Of a stretch of 64,000 nucleotides of DNA, positions 34,714-46,053 are shown one piece after another. The stretch lies in NCBI RefSeq assembly GCF_055900595.2, contig NZ_CM148325.1. One strand, given 5' to 3'. The notes under the pieces are model-generated. The model ran no database searches and was not told the origin of the DNA. It saw only the letters and a list, made by a program, of their open reading frames with translations. The position numbers and the translations under genes were made by a program. The first letter of the stretch is position 1. Every line of letters starts with the position of its first letter.

Positions 34714-35799
34714 ATGACATTACTCGCTTCGCTGCGCGACTGGCTTAAGGCACAACAACTGGATGCAGTGCTTCTCTCCTCACGGCAGAACAAACAACCG
34801 CATCTGGGGATCTCCACCGGATCAGGCTATGTGGTGATTAGCCGTGAAAGTGCGCACATTCTGGTGGATTCGCGCTATTACGCGGATGTAGAAGCCCGCA
34901 CGCAAGGCTACCAGCTGCATTTGCTTGACGCGACGAACACGCTTACCACTATCGTCAATCAAATCATTGCCGATGAGCAGTTGCAAACGCTCGGTTTTGA
35001 AGGCCAGCAGGTAAGTTGGGAAACCGCGCACCGCTGGCAGTCTGAACTCAATGCGAAACTGGTAAGCGCCACGCCGGATGTGCTGCGGCAAATCAAAACG
35101 CCAGAGGAGGTGGAGAAAATCCGCCTCGCCTGTGGGATTGCCGATCGCGGTGCAGAGCATATTCGCCGCTTTATTCAGGCGGGGATGAGCGAATGCGAGA
35201 TTGCTGCTGAACTGGAGTGGTTTATGCGCCAGCAGGGCGCAGAAAAAGCCTCTTTTGACACCATTGTCGCCAGCGGCTGGCGTGGGGCGCTGCCGCACGG
35301 CAAAGCCAGCGACAAGATTGTTGCAGCGGGCGAGTTTGTCACTCTCGATTTCGGTGCGCTGTATCAGGGCTACTGCTCTGATATGACGCGCACCTTGCTG
35401 GTGAATGGCGAAGGGGTGAGCGCCGAATCTCACCCACTGTTTGATGTGTATAACATTGTCCTGCAGGCACAGCTCGCGGCAATCTCCGCGATTCGCCCCG
35501 GCGTGCGCTGCCAGCAGGTTGACGACGCCGCGCGCCGGGTCATTACAGAAGCCGGTTATGGCGACTATTTCGGTCATAACACCGGTCATGCTATCGGCAT
35601 TGAAGTCCATGAAGATCCGCGTTTTTCACCGCGGGACACCACGACGCTACAGCCAGGGATGTTACTGACCGTGGAGCCGGGGATTTATTTGCCAGGGCGA
35701 GGGGGCGTGCGCATCGAAGATGTCGTGCTGGTTACCCCGCAAGGCGCGGAAGTGCTCTACGCCATGCCAAAAACAGTGTTGCTCACGGGAGAGGCATAA
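34714..35799 (+). CDS. ypdF: Xaa-Pro aminopeptidase YpdF (M24 family)
   Basis: 361 aa with M24 metal-ligand pattern ([13 protein letters not shown], ...VEPGIY...). Confidence 0.9.
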   Translation: MTLLASLRDWLKAQQLDAVLLSSRQNKQPHLGISTGSGYVVISRESAHILVDSRYYADVEARTQGYQLHLLDATNTLTTIVNQIIADEQLQTLGFEGQQVSWETAHRWQSELNAKLVSATPDVLRQIKTPEEVEKIRLACGIADRGAEHIRRFIQAGMSECEIAAELEWFMRQQGAEKASFDTIVASGWRGALPHGKASDKIVAAGEFVTLDFGALYQGYCSDMTRTLLVNGEGVSAESHPLFDVYNIVLQAQLAAISAIRPGVRCQQVDDAARRVITEAGYGDYFGHNTGHAIGIEVHEDPRFSPRDTTTLQPGMLLTVEPGIYLPGRGGVRIEDVVLVTPQGAEVLYAMPKTVLLTGEA

Positions 35800-36836
35800 T
35801 GGATTTATCGCTATTAAAAGCGTTGAGCGAGGCAGATGCGATCGCCTCCTCGGAACAGGAAGTGCGGCAGATCCTGCTGGATGAAGCGGATCGCCTGCAA
35901 AAGGAGGTGCGATTTGATGGTCTGGGATCGGTGCTGATCCGCCTCAATGAATCGACAGGTCCGAAGGTGATGATCTGTGCGCATATGGACGAAGTGGGAT
36001 TTATGGTGCGTAGCATCTCCCGCGAAGGGGCGATTGATGTCCTGCCAGTTGGCAATGTGCGCATGGCTGCCCGCCAGCTTCAGCCAGTACGGATCACTAC
36101 TCGTGAAGAGTGCAAAATTCCCGGTTTGCTCGATGGCGAGCGGCAGGGGAATGACGTCAGCGCCATGCGCGTGGACATTGGTGCGCGCTCGTATGACGAA
36201 GTGATGCAGGCAGGTATTCGTCCGGGCGATCGTGTCACGTTTGATACCACTTTTCAGGTTCTCCCTCACCAGCGAGTGATGGGTAAAGCCTTTGATGACC
36301 GCCTCGGTTGCTACCTGCTGGTGACGTTACTACGTGAGCTGCACAACACCGAGCTGCCTGCGGAAGTGTGGCTGGTGGCAAGTTCCAGCGAAGAGGTGGG
36401 ATTACGCGGCGGGCAAACCGCCACCCGCGCGGTGTCGCCGGACATCGCCATTGTGCTTGATACCGCCTGCTGGGCGAAAAACTTTGATTATGGCGCGGCT
36501 AACCATCGCCAGATTGGTAACGGCCCGATGCTGGTGTTAAGCGACAAGTCGCTGATTGCGCCGCCAAAACTTACCGCGTGGATCGAAACCGTGGCGGCAG
36601 AAATTGGCGTGCCGTTGCAGGCCGATATGTTCAGCAACGGCGGAACGGACGGCGGGGCGGTGCATTTAACCGGCACTGGCGTACCCACAGTGGTGATGGG
36701 GCCAGCAACCCGCCACGGACATTGCGCCGCATCGATTGCCGACTGCCGCGACATTTTGCAGATGCAGCAGCTTTTATCTGCCCTTATTCAACGTCTTACC
36801 CGTGAGACGGTTGTTCAACTGACGGATTTCAGATGA
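35799..36836 (+). CDS. ypdE: Aminopeptidase YpdE (M42 family)
   Basis: 345 aa, M42 peptidase-like; start overlaps ypdF stop. Confidence 0.9.
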   Translation: MDLSLLKALSEADAIASSEQEVRQILLDEADRLQKEVRFDGLGSVLIRLNESTGPKVMICAHMDEVGFMVRSISREGAIDVLPVGNVRMAARQLQPVRITTREECKIPGLLDGERQGNDVSAMRVDIGARSYDEVMQAGIRPGDRVTFDTTFQVLPHQRVMGKAFDDRLGCYLLVTLLRELHNTELPAEVWLVASSSEEVGLRGGQTATRAVSPDIAIVLDTACWAKNFDYGAANHRQIGNGPMLVLSDKSLIAPPKLTAWIETVAAEIGVPLQADMFSNGGTDGGAVHLTGTGVPTVVMGPATRHGHCAASIADCRDILQMQQLLSALIQRLTRETVVQLTDFR

Positions 36837-36860
36837 TCTCCTGATTAACCCGGAGCGGTT

Positions 36861-39356
36861 ATGTTAACGATTCAATTTCTCTGTCCTTTGCCAAACGGTC
36901 TGCATGCTCGTCCGGCGTGGGAACTTAAAGAGCAGTGCAGCCAGTGGCAAAGTGAAGTCACCTTTATTAATCATCGCCAGAACGCCAGGGCTGATGCCAA
37001 AAGCTCGCTGGCGCTGATTGGCACCAGCACCTTATTTAATGACAGTTGCAGCTTGAACATTAGCGGCAGCGATGAAGAGCAGGCGCGGCGCGTGCTGGAA
37101 GAGTATATCCAGGTGCGCTTTATCGACAGCGACAGCGTTCAGCCGACGCAGGCAGAACTGACGGCGCATCCGCTGCCGCGTTCATTAAGCCGCCTTAACC
37201 CGGATTTACTGTACGGCAATGTGCTGGCAAGCGGCGTCGGCGTGGGTACGCTGACCCTGTTACAAAGCGACAGCCTCGACAGTTACCGGGCGATCCCCGC
37301 CAGTGCGCAAGATTCCACCCGGCTGGAGCACAGCCTGGCAACGCTTGCCGAGCAACTGAACCAGCAATTGCGCGAGCGTGACGGCGAAAGCAAAACCATT
37401 CTCAGCGCCCATTTGTCGCTGATTCAGGATGATGAATTCGCGGGCAATATCCGTCGCCTGATGACAGAACAACATCAGGGGTTGGGTGCAGCGATCATCA
37501 GCAATATGGAGCAGGTTTGCGCCAAACTTTCTGCTTCTGCCAGTGATTATCTGCGCGAACGTGTTAGCGACATTCGCGATATCAGCGAACAGTTACTGCA
37601 TATCACCTGGCCGGAACTGAAGCCGCGCAACAATCTGGTGCTGGAAAAACCGACTATTCTGGTAGCCGAGGATTTAACCCCAAGCCAGTTTTTGAGCCTC
37701 GATTTAAAAAATCTTGCGGGCATGATTCTGGAGAAAACCGGGCGCACCTCGCATACCCTGATTCTGGCCCGTGCCTCGGCGATCCCGGTTTTGAGCGGCC
37801 TGCCGCTGGATGCGATCGCGCGTTATGCCGGGCAACCGGCGGTGCTTGACGCCCAGTGCGGCGTGCTGGCGATTAACCCGAATGACGCGGTGAGCGGTTA
37901 TTATCAGGTTGCGCAGACGCTGGCGGATAAACGTCAGCAACAACAGGCGCAAGCTGCCGCGCAGCAGGCCTATTCCCGTGATAACAAGCGCATTGATATC
38001 GCGGCGAATATTGGCACCGCTCTTGAAGCGCCTGGCGCGTTTGCCAACGGCGCGGAAGGCGTTGGACTGTTCCGTACCGAAATGCTCTATATGGAGCGCG
38101 ACAGTGCGCCGGACGAACAGGAACAGTTTGAAGCATACCAACAGGTGCTACTGGCGGCGGGCGACAAGCCGATTATTTTCCGCACGATGGACATCGGCGG
38201 CGATAAAAGCATTCCTTACCTCAACATTCCCCAGGAAGAGAACCCGTTCCTCGGCTATCGCGCGGTACGTATTTACCCGGAATTTGCTGGTCTGTTCCGC
38301 ACTCAATTGCGGGCTATTTTGCGCGCTGCCAGTTTCGGTAATGCCCAGTTAATGATCCCAATGGTCCACAGCCTCGATCAGATCTTATGGGTGAAGGGCG
38401 AGATCCAAAAAGCGATCGTTGAGCTTAAGCGCGATGGCCTGCGTCATGCAGAGTCGATTACGCTGGGTATCATGGTGGAAGTACCGTCGGTGTGCTACAT
38501 CATCGACCACTTCTGCGATGAGGTCGATTTCTTCAGTATCGGTTCTAACGATATGACCCAGTATCTGTATGCGGTCGATCGTAATAACCCGCGCGTATCG
38601 CCGCTGTATAACCCGATTACGCCATCGTTCCTGCGCATGTTGCAGCAGATTGTTACCACTGCGCATCAGCGGGGTAAATGGGTAGGTATTTGCGGTGAAC
38701 TGGGCGGTGAAAGTCGTTATCTGCCGCTACTGCTTGGACTGGGCCTGGATGAGCTGAGTATGAGTAGCCCGCGTATTCCGGCGGTGAAAAGCCAGCTTCG
38801 TCAACTGGATAGCCAGGCGTGTCGGGAATTGGCTCGTCAGGCATGTGAATGCCGCAGTGCGCAGGAAATTGAAGCGTTACTCACCGCCTTTACGCCGGAA
38901 GAAGACGTTCGCCCACTGCTGGCGCTGGAGAATATCTTTGTTGATCAGTCATTTAGCAATAAAGAGCAGGCGATCCAGTTCCTGTGCGGCAACCTTGGCG
39001 TTAACGGGCGTACTGAACATCCGTTTGAGCTGGAAGAAGATGTCTGGCAGCGGGAAGAGATTGTTACTACTGGCGTTGGTTTTGGCGTGGCGATCCCGCA
39101 CACCAAATCTCAGTGGATCCGTCATTCCAGTATCAGCATTGCCCGGCTGGTGAAACCGGTTGACTGGCAGTCAGAAATGGGCGAAGTCGAACTGGTGATT
39201 ATGCTGACGCTGGGCGCTAACGAAGGGATGAATCATGTGAAAGTCTTCTCGCAGCTGGCGCGTAAACTGGTGAATAAAAACTTCCGCCAGTCGTTGTTTG
39301 CCGCGCAAGATGCACAAAGCATCCTGACGCTGCTGGAAACGGAATTAACCTTCTGA
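36861..39356 (+). CDS. fryA: PTS multiphosphoryl transfer protein FryA (HPr-like, EI-like and EIIA-Fru-like domains)
   Basis: 831 aa; N-terminal HPr-like (LHARPAWEL), central Enzyme I homology closely paralleling ptsI in this same window, C-terminal EIIA domain. Confidence 0.92.
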   Translation: MLTIQFLCPLPNGLHARPAWELKEQCSQWQSEVTFINHRQNARADAKSSLALIGTSTLFNDSCSLNISGSDEEQARRVLEEYIQVRFIDSDSVQPTQAELTAHPLPRSLSRLNPDLLYGNVLASGVGVGTLTLLQSDSLDSYRAIPASAQDSTRLEHSLATLAEQLNQQLRERDGESKTILSAHLSLIQDDEFAGNIRRLMTEQHQGLGAAIISNMEQVCAKLSASASDYLRERVSDIRDISEQLLHITWPELKPRNNLVLEKPTILVAEDLTPSQFLSLDLKNLAGMILEKTGRTSHTLILARASAIPVLSGLPLDAIARYAGQPAVLDAQCGVLAINPNDAVSGYYQVAQTLADKRQQQQAQAAAQQAYSRDNKRIDIAANIGTALEAPGAFANGAEGVGLFRTEMLYMERDSAPDEQEQFEAYQQVLLAAGDKPIIFRTMDIGGDKSIPYLNIPQEENPFLGYRAVRIYPEFAGLFRTQLRAILRAASFGNAQLMIPMVHSLDQILWVKGEIQKAIVELKRDGLRHAESITLGIMVEVPSVCYIIDHFCDEVDFFSIGSNDMTQYLYAVDRNNPRVSPLYNPITPSFLRMLQQIVTTAHQRGKWVGICGELGGESRYLPLLLGLGLDELSMSSPRIPAVKSQLRQLDSQACRELARQACECRSAQEIEALLTAFTPEEDVRPLLALENIFVDQSFSNKEQAIQFLCGNLGVNGRTEHPFELEEDVWQREEIVTTGVGFGVAIPHTKSQWIRHSSISIARLVKPVDWQSEMGEVELVIMLTLGANEGMNHVKVFSQLARKLVNKNFRQSLFAAQDAQSILTLLETELTF

Positions 39357-39358
39357 CG

Positions 39359-40216
39359 TTAGCCCTGAAAACGGGCGCTGTACTCTCCCGGCGTCAGGCC
39401 AAACTGACGCCGGAAGACGCGACAAAAATAGTCGCTGTCCGGAAAGCCGCAACGCTGCGCCACTTCATGAATCGACAGATGATATTTCTGCAAAATCATC
39501 CTCGCCTTCGCCATTCGCACCCAACGCACATATTCGATAAAACGCATTGTTCCATGCTGCGCAAACAGTTTTGACAGATGATTGGGCGTGATATTAAAAA
39601 ACTGCGCCACGTTCTCACGGGTGAGCGGCTGGGCATAATTATCCTGAACCCAGTTACAAATGCTGTGATAGAGAAAATCGCCGCGCGGCTGCGAATTACC
39701 CGGCGGCATATTCACCACGTTGCGGCAAAGATGCAGCAAACTTAACACCAGCGGCTGAATGATATTCTGCTCCAGCGGCGAACGGCTAAGATGGGTGAGG
39801 GCAGTAAGCATTGCTTCACCTTCGCCGCGTTGCAGGCTGGGAAGTTGGATCTGGCGAGCAGGATGCAACAACGACGTGGTGCGGCTATCGTAAAACGATA
39901 ACCCAAGCCAGGTCGGCGCGAATACCAGGCTTAACAGCATTACCGGTTTGTTGTTGACCGGTAAATTAGCCGCGCGCGCTGGAATAAACAGCATTTCTCC
40001 TTCCACCATACGCTGCTGCTTTGCTTCCAGCAGGTTGCCGTATTCGCCGCGTAGCACGATATCCAGACGGGGAAAATCAATACATAAACTGCCCACCGGC
40101 AATGAGGCAGGCTGGCTGGCAAACCAGACGCGCCCCAGTAGTTGCGGGTTAAGCACCAGGCCGCTGAACAGATCGGCGAAAAATTGTTGATCGGCGGGCA
40201 AGCCTGTTGCTTTCAT
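39359..40216 (-). CDS. ypdC: AraC-family transcriptional regulator YpdC
   Basis: 285 aa with C-terminal AraC-type HTH. Confidence 0.9.
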   Translation of the reverse strand: MKATGLPADQQFFADLFSGLVLNPQLLGRVWFASQPASLPVGSLCIDFPRLDIVLRGEYGNLLEAKQQRMVEGEMLFIPARAANLPVNNKPVMLLSLVFAPTWLGLSFYDSRTTSLLHPARQIQLPSLQRGEGEAMLTALTHLSRSPLEQNIIQPLVLSLLHLCRNVVNMPPGNSQPRGDFLYHSICNWVQDNYAQPLTRENVAQFFNITPNHLSKLFAQHGTMRFIEYVRWVRMAKARMILQKYHLSIHEVAQRCGFPDSDYFCRVFRRQFGLTPGEYSARFQG

Positions 40217-40227
40217 GAAAATCCCGA

Positions 40228-40962
40228 TTACAGATGCATTAACTGCCTGAATTCTTTTACTTTGCTACGGCTGACCGGTACTTCAAAATCCAGATCTTTC
40301 AGTCGCAGAATGTAGGTGTTATTAAACCACGGTTCGATTTCGCGGATTTTGTTCAGATTGACACAAAATGAGCGATGGCAGCGGAAAAAATGTGACGGCG
40401 GCAGCTTGCTGCAAAACTCGGTAATGTTCATCGGCATTACGTAGGATTCACGCCGCGTATAGACAAAGGTCATTTTCTCGTGCGCTTCGGCGTAATAGAT
40501 ATCGTTAATTGGCGTGACGATGATGCGCTCATCTTTCACCAGATTAATGGTGTCATTCTCACGCATTACCGTCGTGGCAGGCGTACTGCTGGTCTGCTGT
40601 TGTTGCCAGGCCGCTTCCAGCTTTTGCAGCATTCCTGTAATGCGTGATTCCTGATACGGTTTGAGAATGTAGTCAAACGCCTCCAGTTCAAACGCTTCTA
40701 CCGCATGTTCTTTCCAGGCGGTGATAAATACAATAAACGGTTTATGAGCAAACTGGCTGATGTTTTGCGCCAGCAACACGCCATCCAGCGACGGAATATT
40801 GATATCCAGAAAAATGGCGTCGACGCGGTTATGCTGCAAAAACTTCAACACGTCCAGACCATCGTCAAAGGTGCCGACAATCTCCATCTGGCTGTGCTCT
40901 TTAATCAGCCAGCTCAGTTCCTGTTGTGCCAGGAATTCGTCTTCAACAATGATGACTTTCAC
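40228..40962 (-). CDS. ypdB: LytTR-family response regulator YpdB (GTG start; track ORF begins 18 nt upstream at TTG)
   Basis: Receiver domain with D-D-K pattern plus C-terminal LytTR DNA-binding domain; 244 aa from GTG with GGAG 6-9 nt upstream. Confidence 0.88.
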   Translation of the reverse strand: MKVIIVEDEFLAQQELSWLIKEHSQMEIVGTFDDGLDVLKFLQHNRVDAIFLDINIPSLDGVLLAQNISQFAHKPFIVFITAWKEHAVEAFELEAFDYILKPYQESRITGMLQKLEAAWQQQQTSSTPATTVMRENDTINLVKDERIIVTPINDIYYAEAHEKMTFVYTRRESYVMPMNITEFCSKLPPSHFFRCHRSFCVNLNKIREIEPWFNNTYILRLKDLDFEVPVSRSKVKEFRQLMHL

Positions 40963-40976
40963 AATATCACTCCGGC

Positions 40977-42674
40977 TCAAAGCAATAACGTAGCCTGTGA
41001 GGCGACAGGGGTGCGTTGGTTAGGAATGTAAAACGCAATTTCCGTTCCTGGTTCCAGGCGGCGGATATGCAGCCCCTCGCCATACAATAACTTCACGCGA
41101 TGATGGACATTCAGCAGGCCAATTTTATTGCCCGGCATTTCGTTCGCTTCGACCCGCTCAATGACTTTTGGATCGATGCCGTGCCCGGTATCTCGCACCG
41201 CAATGCGTACCCGATTACCGCACTCTGCAACGCTGATGGTGACAACGCCTTTACCTTTGCAAGGCTGAATACCGTGGACAATGGCGTTTTCCACCAACGG
41301 CTGGATCAGCAGGCTGGGAATGCAGCAATTGACCTCTTCATCAATATCATAGATAACCGTCAGCTTGTCGCCAAAGCGGGCCTGCTCAATGGCAATATAG
41401 TCTTTAATTTGATACAGCTCTTTTTTGATATCGATTTGCTCATCGTCTTTTAATTCAATGTTATAGCGTAGATAACGCGACAGATTAAAGATTAACTGGC
41501 GAGCGGTATCCGGATTCAGACGGATCGACGATGAGATAGCATTCAGAGCATTAAACAGGAAATGGGGATTAATTTTGCTTTGCAGAGCGCGAAGCTCTGC
41601 CTTATTTGCCATTTCACGTAGCTGCTCGGCGCGTGAAACCTCCAGTTGGGTGGAGATGATTTGCGACAGACCGACAGCCATTTCCTGTAATGACGAGGTG
41701 ATCTGATGCGCGTGGCAGTAGTAAATTTTCAGTGTTCCTGTCACCACGCCTTTCTCCCACAATGGGATCACCAGCATCGAATGAATCTCTGGCGTGCGGT
41801 GGGCTTCATCATTATTTTTAATAATGATTTTTCCGTAATTCATTGCCTGACGCGTTGTTGGGCTAATGAAGTCATCGCCATTCTGATAGTTGTGTTCACC
41901 TACGCCAACATAGGCCAGCACATGATCGGTGTTGGTAATCGCTACCGCATCGGCGTGAATATCATCGCGGATAATTTCACAAACTTTGCGTAATGACTCG
42001 CTATTGACATGGCGAAACAGCGGCAGCGTTTTGTTGGCGATATCCAGCGCCAACTTGGCCTGCCGCGCGGCGCTGGCCTCTTTTTCGCCCTCAACGCTTT
42101 GTACCAGCAACACAATAAAGCCGATACAAACGCTGCCGAGGATCATCGGAATCCCGATTTTGGAGACGATATCAATCCCCAGTGCAGTGGTGGGCGCCCA
42201 GACAATCACCAGAATCATCGTCAACGTTTCACATAACATGCCACCGAGAATACCGACGCGCCAGCGCTGTGCTTTGGGGATTTTCAGGTTGATCCAGCCT
42301 GATATGCAACCCGCGAGAATACTGGTGATAAAGCACGGAATTGCCGTCACGCCGCCGATGTCAATTAAATAACGGTGAATACCCGCAATCACACCGGTAA
42401 TGATGCCTACCCACGGGCCAAATAGAATTCCGCCTGACATCACCGCGATAATGCGCACATTAACCAGCGAGCCTTCTACGGGCACGCCGGACCAGGTGCT
42501 GAACAGGGCGAACAGCGAGAAAATGGCGGTAACGGCGAGCAGCTCTTTTGGGGAGTGCGCCGACTTGTGCAACAGTTCGCGAAACAGGCGGATACGGATG
42601 AGAAAGAACAGGCAGATAAGCATTAACGCTGCCCGATCGAAGACCGCCAGCAGCATATTGAATATTTCGTGCAC
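40977..42674 (-). CDS. ypdA: Sensor histidine kinase YpdA (LytS-type: 5TM-LytS membrane domain, GAF, HisKA_3/HATPase)
   Basis: 565 aa; membrane N-terminus, conserved His region ([11 protein letters not shown]), ATPase G-box (DTGHGI). Confidence 0.92.
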
Positions 42675-43050
42675 GGGTGACTCTGAATAAGGATTAAACC
42701 TCTATGATAGGTAACCTGAAGGCCGATGACCAGCAGGCCGTTTTTGAGGAAAGACCACAACTTTAAAAGGGGATTGAAAGTTAAATGGTGTATTAGCAAT
42801 GCATCTCTTGATAATGCATATCTGTTTGGTAAATTTATTGAAATTATAATGTTAATAGATTGGGTGGTAATTTTCTTGTTAGCGTAGATAAATTTCCTGT
42901 TTTTAAAGCGGAGTTCCTCATTTAAGGCTATTAACAAAAATGTTCTAAAACGCTGGACAGACAGAAATTAATCAGGCTATTTTCAAAACAGCCACCATCG
43001 TGGCAGCGTCGCTCGGACGGTCCGGGCGCTCACGTTAATCTGAGGAAATT

Positions 43051-44289
43051 ATGGCTGACACTCGCCCTGAACGTCGCTTTACGCGTATTGATCGTCTCCC
43101 ACCCTACGTTTTTAACATTACCGCTGAACTGAAAATGGCTGCGCGTCGGCGCGGCGAAGATATTATCGATTTCAGTATGGGTAACCCGGACGGTGCGACC
43201 CCGCCGCATATCGTCGAAAAATTATGTACGGTGGCCCAGCGACCGGACACGCATGGTTATTCCACCTCGCGTGGTATTCCGCGGTTACGTCGCGCCATTT
43301 CCCGCTGGTATCAGGATCGTTACGACGTCGAGATCGACCCGGAATCAGAGGCTATCGTCACCATTGGCTCGAAAGAGGGGCTGGCGCATCTGATGCTGGC
43401 GACGCTGGATCACGGTGACACTGTACTGGTGCCTAATCCAAGCTACCCGATTCATATTTACGGCGCGGTGATTGCCGGGGCGCAGGTACGCTCAGTGCCG
43501 CTGGTGGACGGTGTCGATTTCTTCAACGAACTGGAACGCGCCATTCGCGAAAGTTATCCGAAACCGAAGATGATGATCCTCGGCTTTCCCTCGAACCCAA
43601 CCGCGCAATGCGTGGAACTGGAATTCTTTGAGAAGGTTGTAGCGCTGGCGAAACGCTACGATGTGCTGGTGGTCCATGACCTGGCCTATGCCGATATCGT
43701 CTACGATGGCTGGAAAGCGCCGTCAATCATGCAGGTGCCAGGTGCACGCGATGTGGCGGTCGAGTTCTTTACGCTGTCGAAAAGCTACAACATGGCGGGC
43801 TGGCGTATCGGCTTTATGGTCGGTAACAAAACGCTGGTCAGCGCGTTGGCACGTATTAAAAGCTATCACGATTACGGCACCTTTACGCCGTTGCAGGTGG
43901 CGGCGATTGCGGCACTGGAGGGCGATCAACAGTGCGTTCGCGACATTGCCGAACAGTACAAACGCCGCCGTGATGTACTGGTTAAAGGGCTGCATGAAGC
44001 GGGCTGGATGGTCGAAATGCCGAAGGCTTCGATGTATGTCTGGGCGAAAATCCCGGAACCATATGCGGCCATGGGCTCACTGGAATTTGCCAAGAAACTG
44101 CTTAACGAAGCGAAGGTCTGTGTCTCTCCAGGGATTGGCTTTGGCGACTACGGCGACACCCATGTTCGCTTTGCGCTGATTGAAAACCGCGATCGTATTC
44201 GCCAGGCGATTCGTGGAATTAAAGCGATGTTCCGTGCCGACGGTTTACTACCCGCCAGCAGCAAACATATTCACGAAAACGCGGAATAA
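43051..44289 (+). CDS. alaC: Glutamate-pyruvate aminotransferase AlaC (YfdZ)
   Basis: 412 aa class-I aminotransferase with PLP-lysine context ([12 protein letters not shown]). Confidence 0.95.
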   Translation: MADTRPERRFTRIDRLPPYVFNITAELKMAARRRGEDIIDFSMGNPDGATPPHIVEKLCTVAQRPDTHGYSTSRGIPRLRRAISRWYQDRYDVEIDPESEAIVTIGSKEGLAHLMLATLDHGDTVLVPNPSYPIHIYGAVIAGAQVRSVPLVDGVDFFNELERAIRESYPKPKMMILGFPSNPTAQCVELEFFEKVVALAKRYDVLVVHDLAYADIVYDGWKAPSIMQVPGARDVAVEFFTLSKSYNMAGWRIGFMVGNKTLVSALARIKSYHDYGTFTPLQVAAIAALEGDQQCVRDIAEQYKRRRDVLVKGLHEAGWMVEMPKASMYVWAKIPEPYAAMGSLEFAKKLLNEAKVCVSPGIGFGDYGDTHVRFALIENRDRIRQAIRGIKAMFRADGLLPASSKHIHENAE

Positions 44290-44309
44290 ACACCATCGCC
44301 AGAAATGCA

Positions 44310-44336
44310 AACAGGAGCCAGATGGCTCCTGTTTTT
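44310..44336 (+). terminator. Rho-independent terminator of alaC
   Basis: 10-bp stem aacaggagcc/ggctcctgtt, loop agat, followed by TTT. Confidence 0.5.
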
Positions 44337-44353
44337 CATTGCACAGTTTGCTT

Positions 44354-44425
44354 TTAGATCATCAGGGCAAAAGTACCGGCCCAAACGATGACCATAAAAG
44401 AAATGCCCATAAAGAAATATTTCAC
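44354..44425 (-). CDS. ypdK: Small membrane protein YpdK (23 aa, GTG start)
   Basis: Minus strand reads GTG-AAA-TAT... translating to MKYFFMGISFMVIVWAGTFALMI with GGAGAG about 8 nt upstream; too short for the ORF track. Confidence 0.55.
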   Translation of the reverse strand: MKYFFMGISFMVIVWAGTFALMI

Positions 44426-44712
44426 TTTACATCTCTCCGCGTAATTACTGTTACGCCTGAATGACTTCATTACACCTGATACAGTGAGTTGACACCGGGC
44501 AAAACGACATTGAAAGTCCGTATTTTACCGTGGGCATCACCCCAGAATTCTGAGCTAAACTGCTCCAGACGGCGCTAATGTACGCCTAAAACTGAAACGA
44601 GACAAGAGGCATTTTCTTATTTACTTTTAGTAACTTACAGGTGTCTCATATCGGCGACAGTTTAATTTCTGACGGTAATAATTAGAGATTCAGCGAAGGA
44701 AAAAACCTTAAG

Positions 44713-44747
44713 AAAAAAGCCATAAAAACCATGAGGTTATTATGGCT
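44713..44747 (-). terminator. Candidate rho-independent terminator of lpxP
   Basis: On minus strand: stem agccata/tatggct followed by TTTTTT, about 35 nt 3' of lpxP stop. Confidence 0.45.
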
Positions 44748-44779
44748 GATTTGAGGAGGGAAAGAGTAAGAGCAATTTG

Positions 44780-45700
44780 TTAAATGTATAACGACGATTC
44801 TCCCACCGGGCGCGTTTTAAAGCGACGGTGGATCCAGAGGTACTGCTCAGGTGCGCGCATAATCTCTTTCTCGATAATCTTGTTCATATAGGCAGCGGCT
44901 TGATTTTCATCTGCCGGGTAGCCTTCCATTTCAGGGGTGATGAACAACCGATATCCGCTGTAATCCGCTTTTCTGACCATCGTTACGGTCAACATGGCTG
45001 CGCCAGAGAGACGAGAGAGGACATAGGTGCCATTGGTTGTGGCAACATTTTCTACCGCAAAGAACGGTGCGAAGGAGCTGCCTTTACGACCATAATCCTG
45101 ATCGGGAGCAAACCATACGGCTTCACCTTTCTTCAGCGCACCGACAATACCGCGCAGATTATTTCTGCCGATCATCGCTTTGTTAGAGCGCATGCGACCA
45201 CGGGTCTGCACCCATTCCATCAGCTGATTATTATGCGGACGATAGGTGGCCATCATTGGCTGACATAGTCCCATCACGCGGCCGCCCAATTCCAGCGACA
45301 TAAAATGGACGCCGACAACCATCACGCCACGATTTTGCAGTTGTGCGCGTTTGAGGTTATCCAGCCCTTCAACATCAAACCATTTACGTACGCGACTGTC
45401 GGGCCAGAACCATGCCATGCCGGTTTCTACCAGCGCCATGCCGAGTGAACGAAAGTTTTCGGCAATCATCTTCTCGCGCTCTTCAGCAGAATGCTGTGGG
45501 AAACAAAGTTCCAGGTTCTTACGGGCGATAGATTCACGACGTTTCAGGAATGGTCGCGCCATCGTGCCGATACGCGTGCCGAGAAAACAGAGAACAGGGT
45601 AAGGAAGCTGTACCCAAAGCCAGAGTACACCAAGCCCAAACCATGTGAGCCAGTAGCGAGGATGTAGAAACTCGCGGGAAAATTTGCATTTTGGAAACAT
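44780..45700 (-). CDS. lpxP: Lipid A palmitoleoyl-ACP acyltransferase LpxP (cold-induced LpxL paralog; start trimmed to MFPKCKF)
   Basis: 306 aa from trimmed start; LpxL/HtrB-family lauroyl/palmitoleoyl acyltransferase sequence. Confidence 0.9.
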   Translation of the reverse strand: MFPKCKFSREFLHPRYWLTWFGLGVLWLWVQLPYPVLCFLGTRIGTMARPFLKRRESIARKNLELCFPQHSAEEREKMIAENFRSLGMALVETGMAWFWPDSRVRKWFDVEGLDNLKRAQLQNRGVMVVGVHFMSLELGGRVMGLCQPMMATYRPHNNQLMEWVQTRGRMRSNKAMIGRNNLRGIVGALKKGEAVWFAPDQDYGRKGSSFAPFFAVENVATTNGTYVLSRLSGAAMLTVTMVRKADYSGYRLFITPEMEGYPADENQAAAYMNKIIEKEIMRAPEQYLWIHRRFKTRPVGESSLYI

Positions 45701-46053
45701 AGTTACCTTCTGTAGATACGAATTGTTGTATCGCAGAAGATTCCATGTCGACAGCGGTACACTCAATTGGTTGGGCCATCATGTACGACAATGGTTCCTG
45801 TAAAGAGTGTAAAGACTAGTCAGGACATAACCACGAGGAGCATGAATGCGGTGCTTTTACTTTATCACTGGCTGACTGCTTTCAGCTACTGATTATTTAT
45901 CGTGCAAAGTAAATATTTTTTTCGCACATTACAGTCTTGCATTTAACGTGCTGTTTTCATTAATACTTAGCAAAAATTGCCAGAGGTTAAGGATTGTCTT
46001 ACTATTAAAGTGACTGAAGTTACAGGTTTTTTAGCGCGGCAGGAGGTTGAGCT

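Noticed and set aside
34822-35610. 262-aa minus-strand ORF
   Set aside because: Antisense to ypdF.
37704-38352. Several 70-150-aa ORFs on both strands inside fryA
   Set aside because: Arg-rich shadows within the confidently assigned fryA reading frame.
44180-44464. 94-aa plus-strand ORF
   Set aside because: No recognisable domain; the opposite strand encodes the recognised small protein YpdK and the region also holds the alaC terminator.
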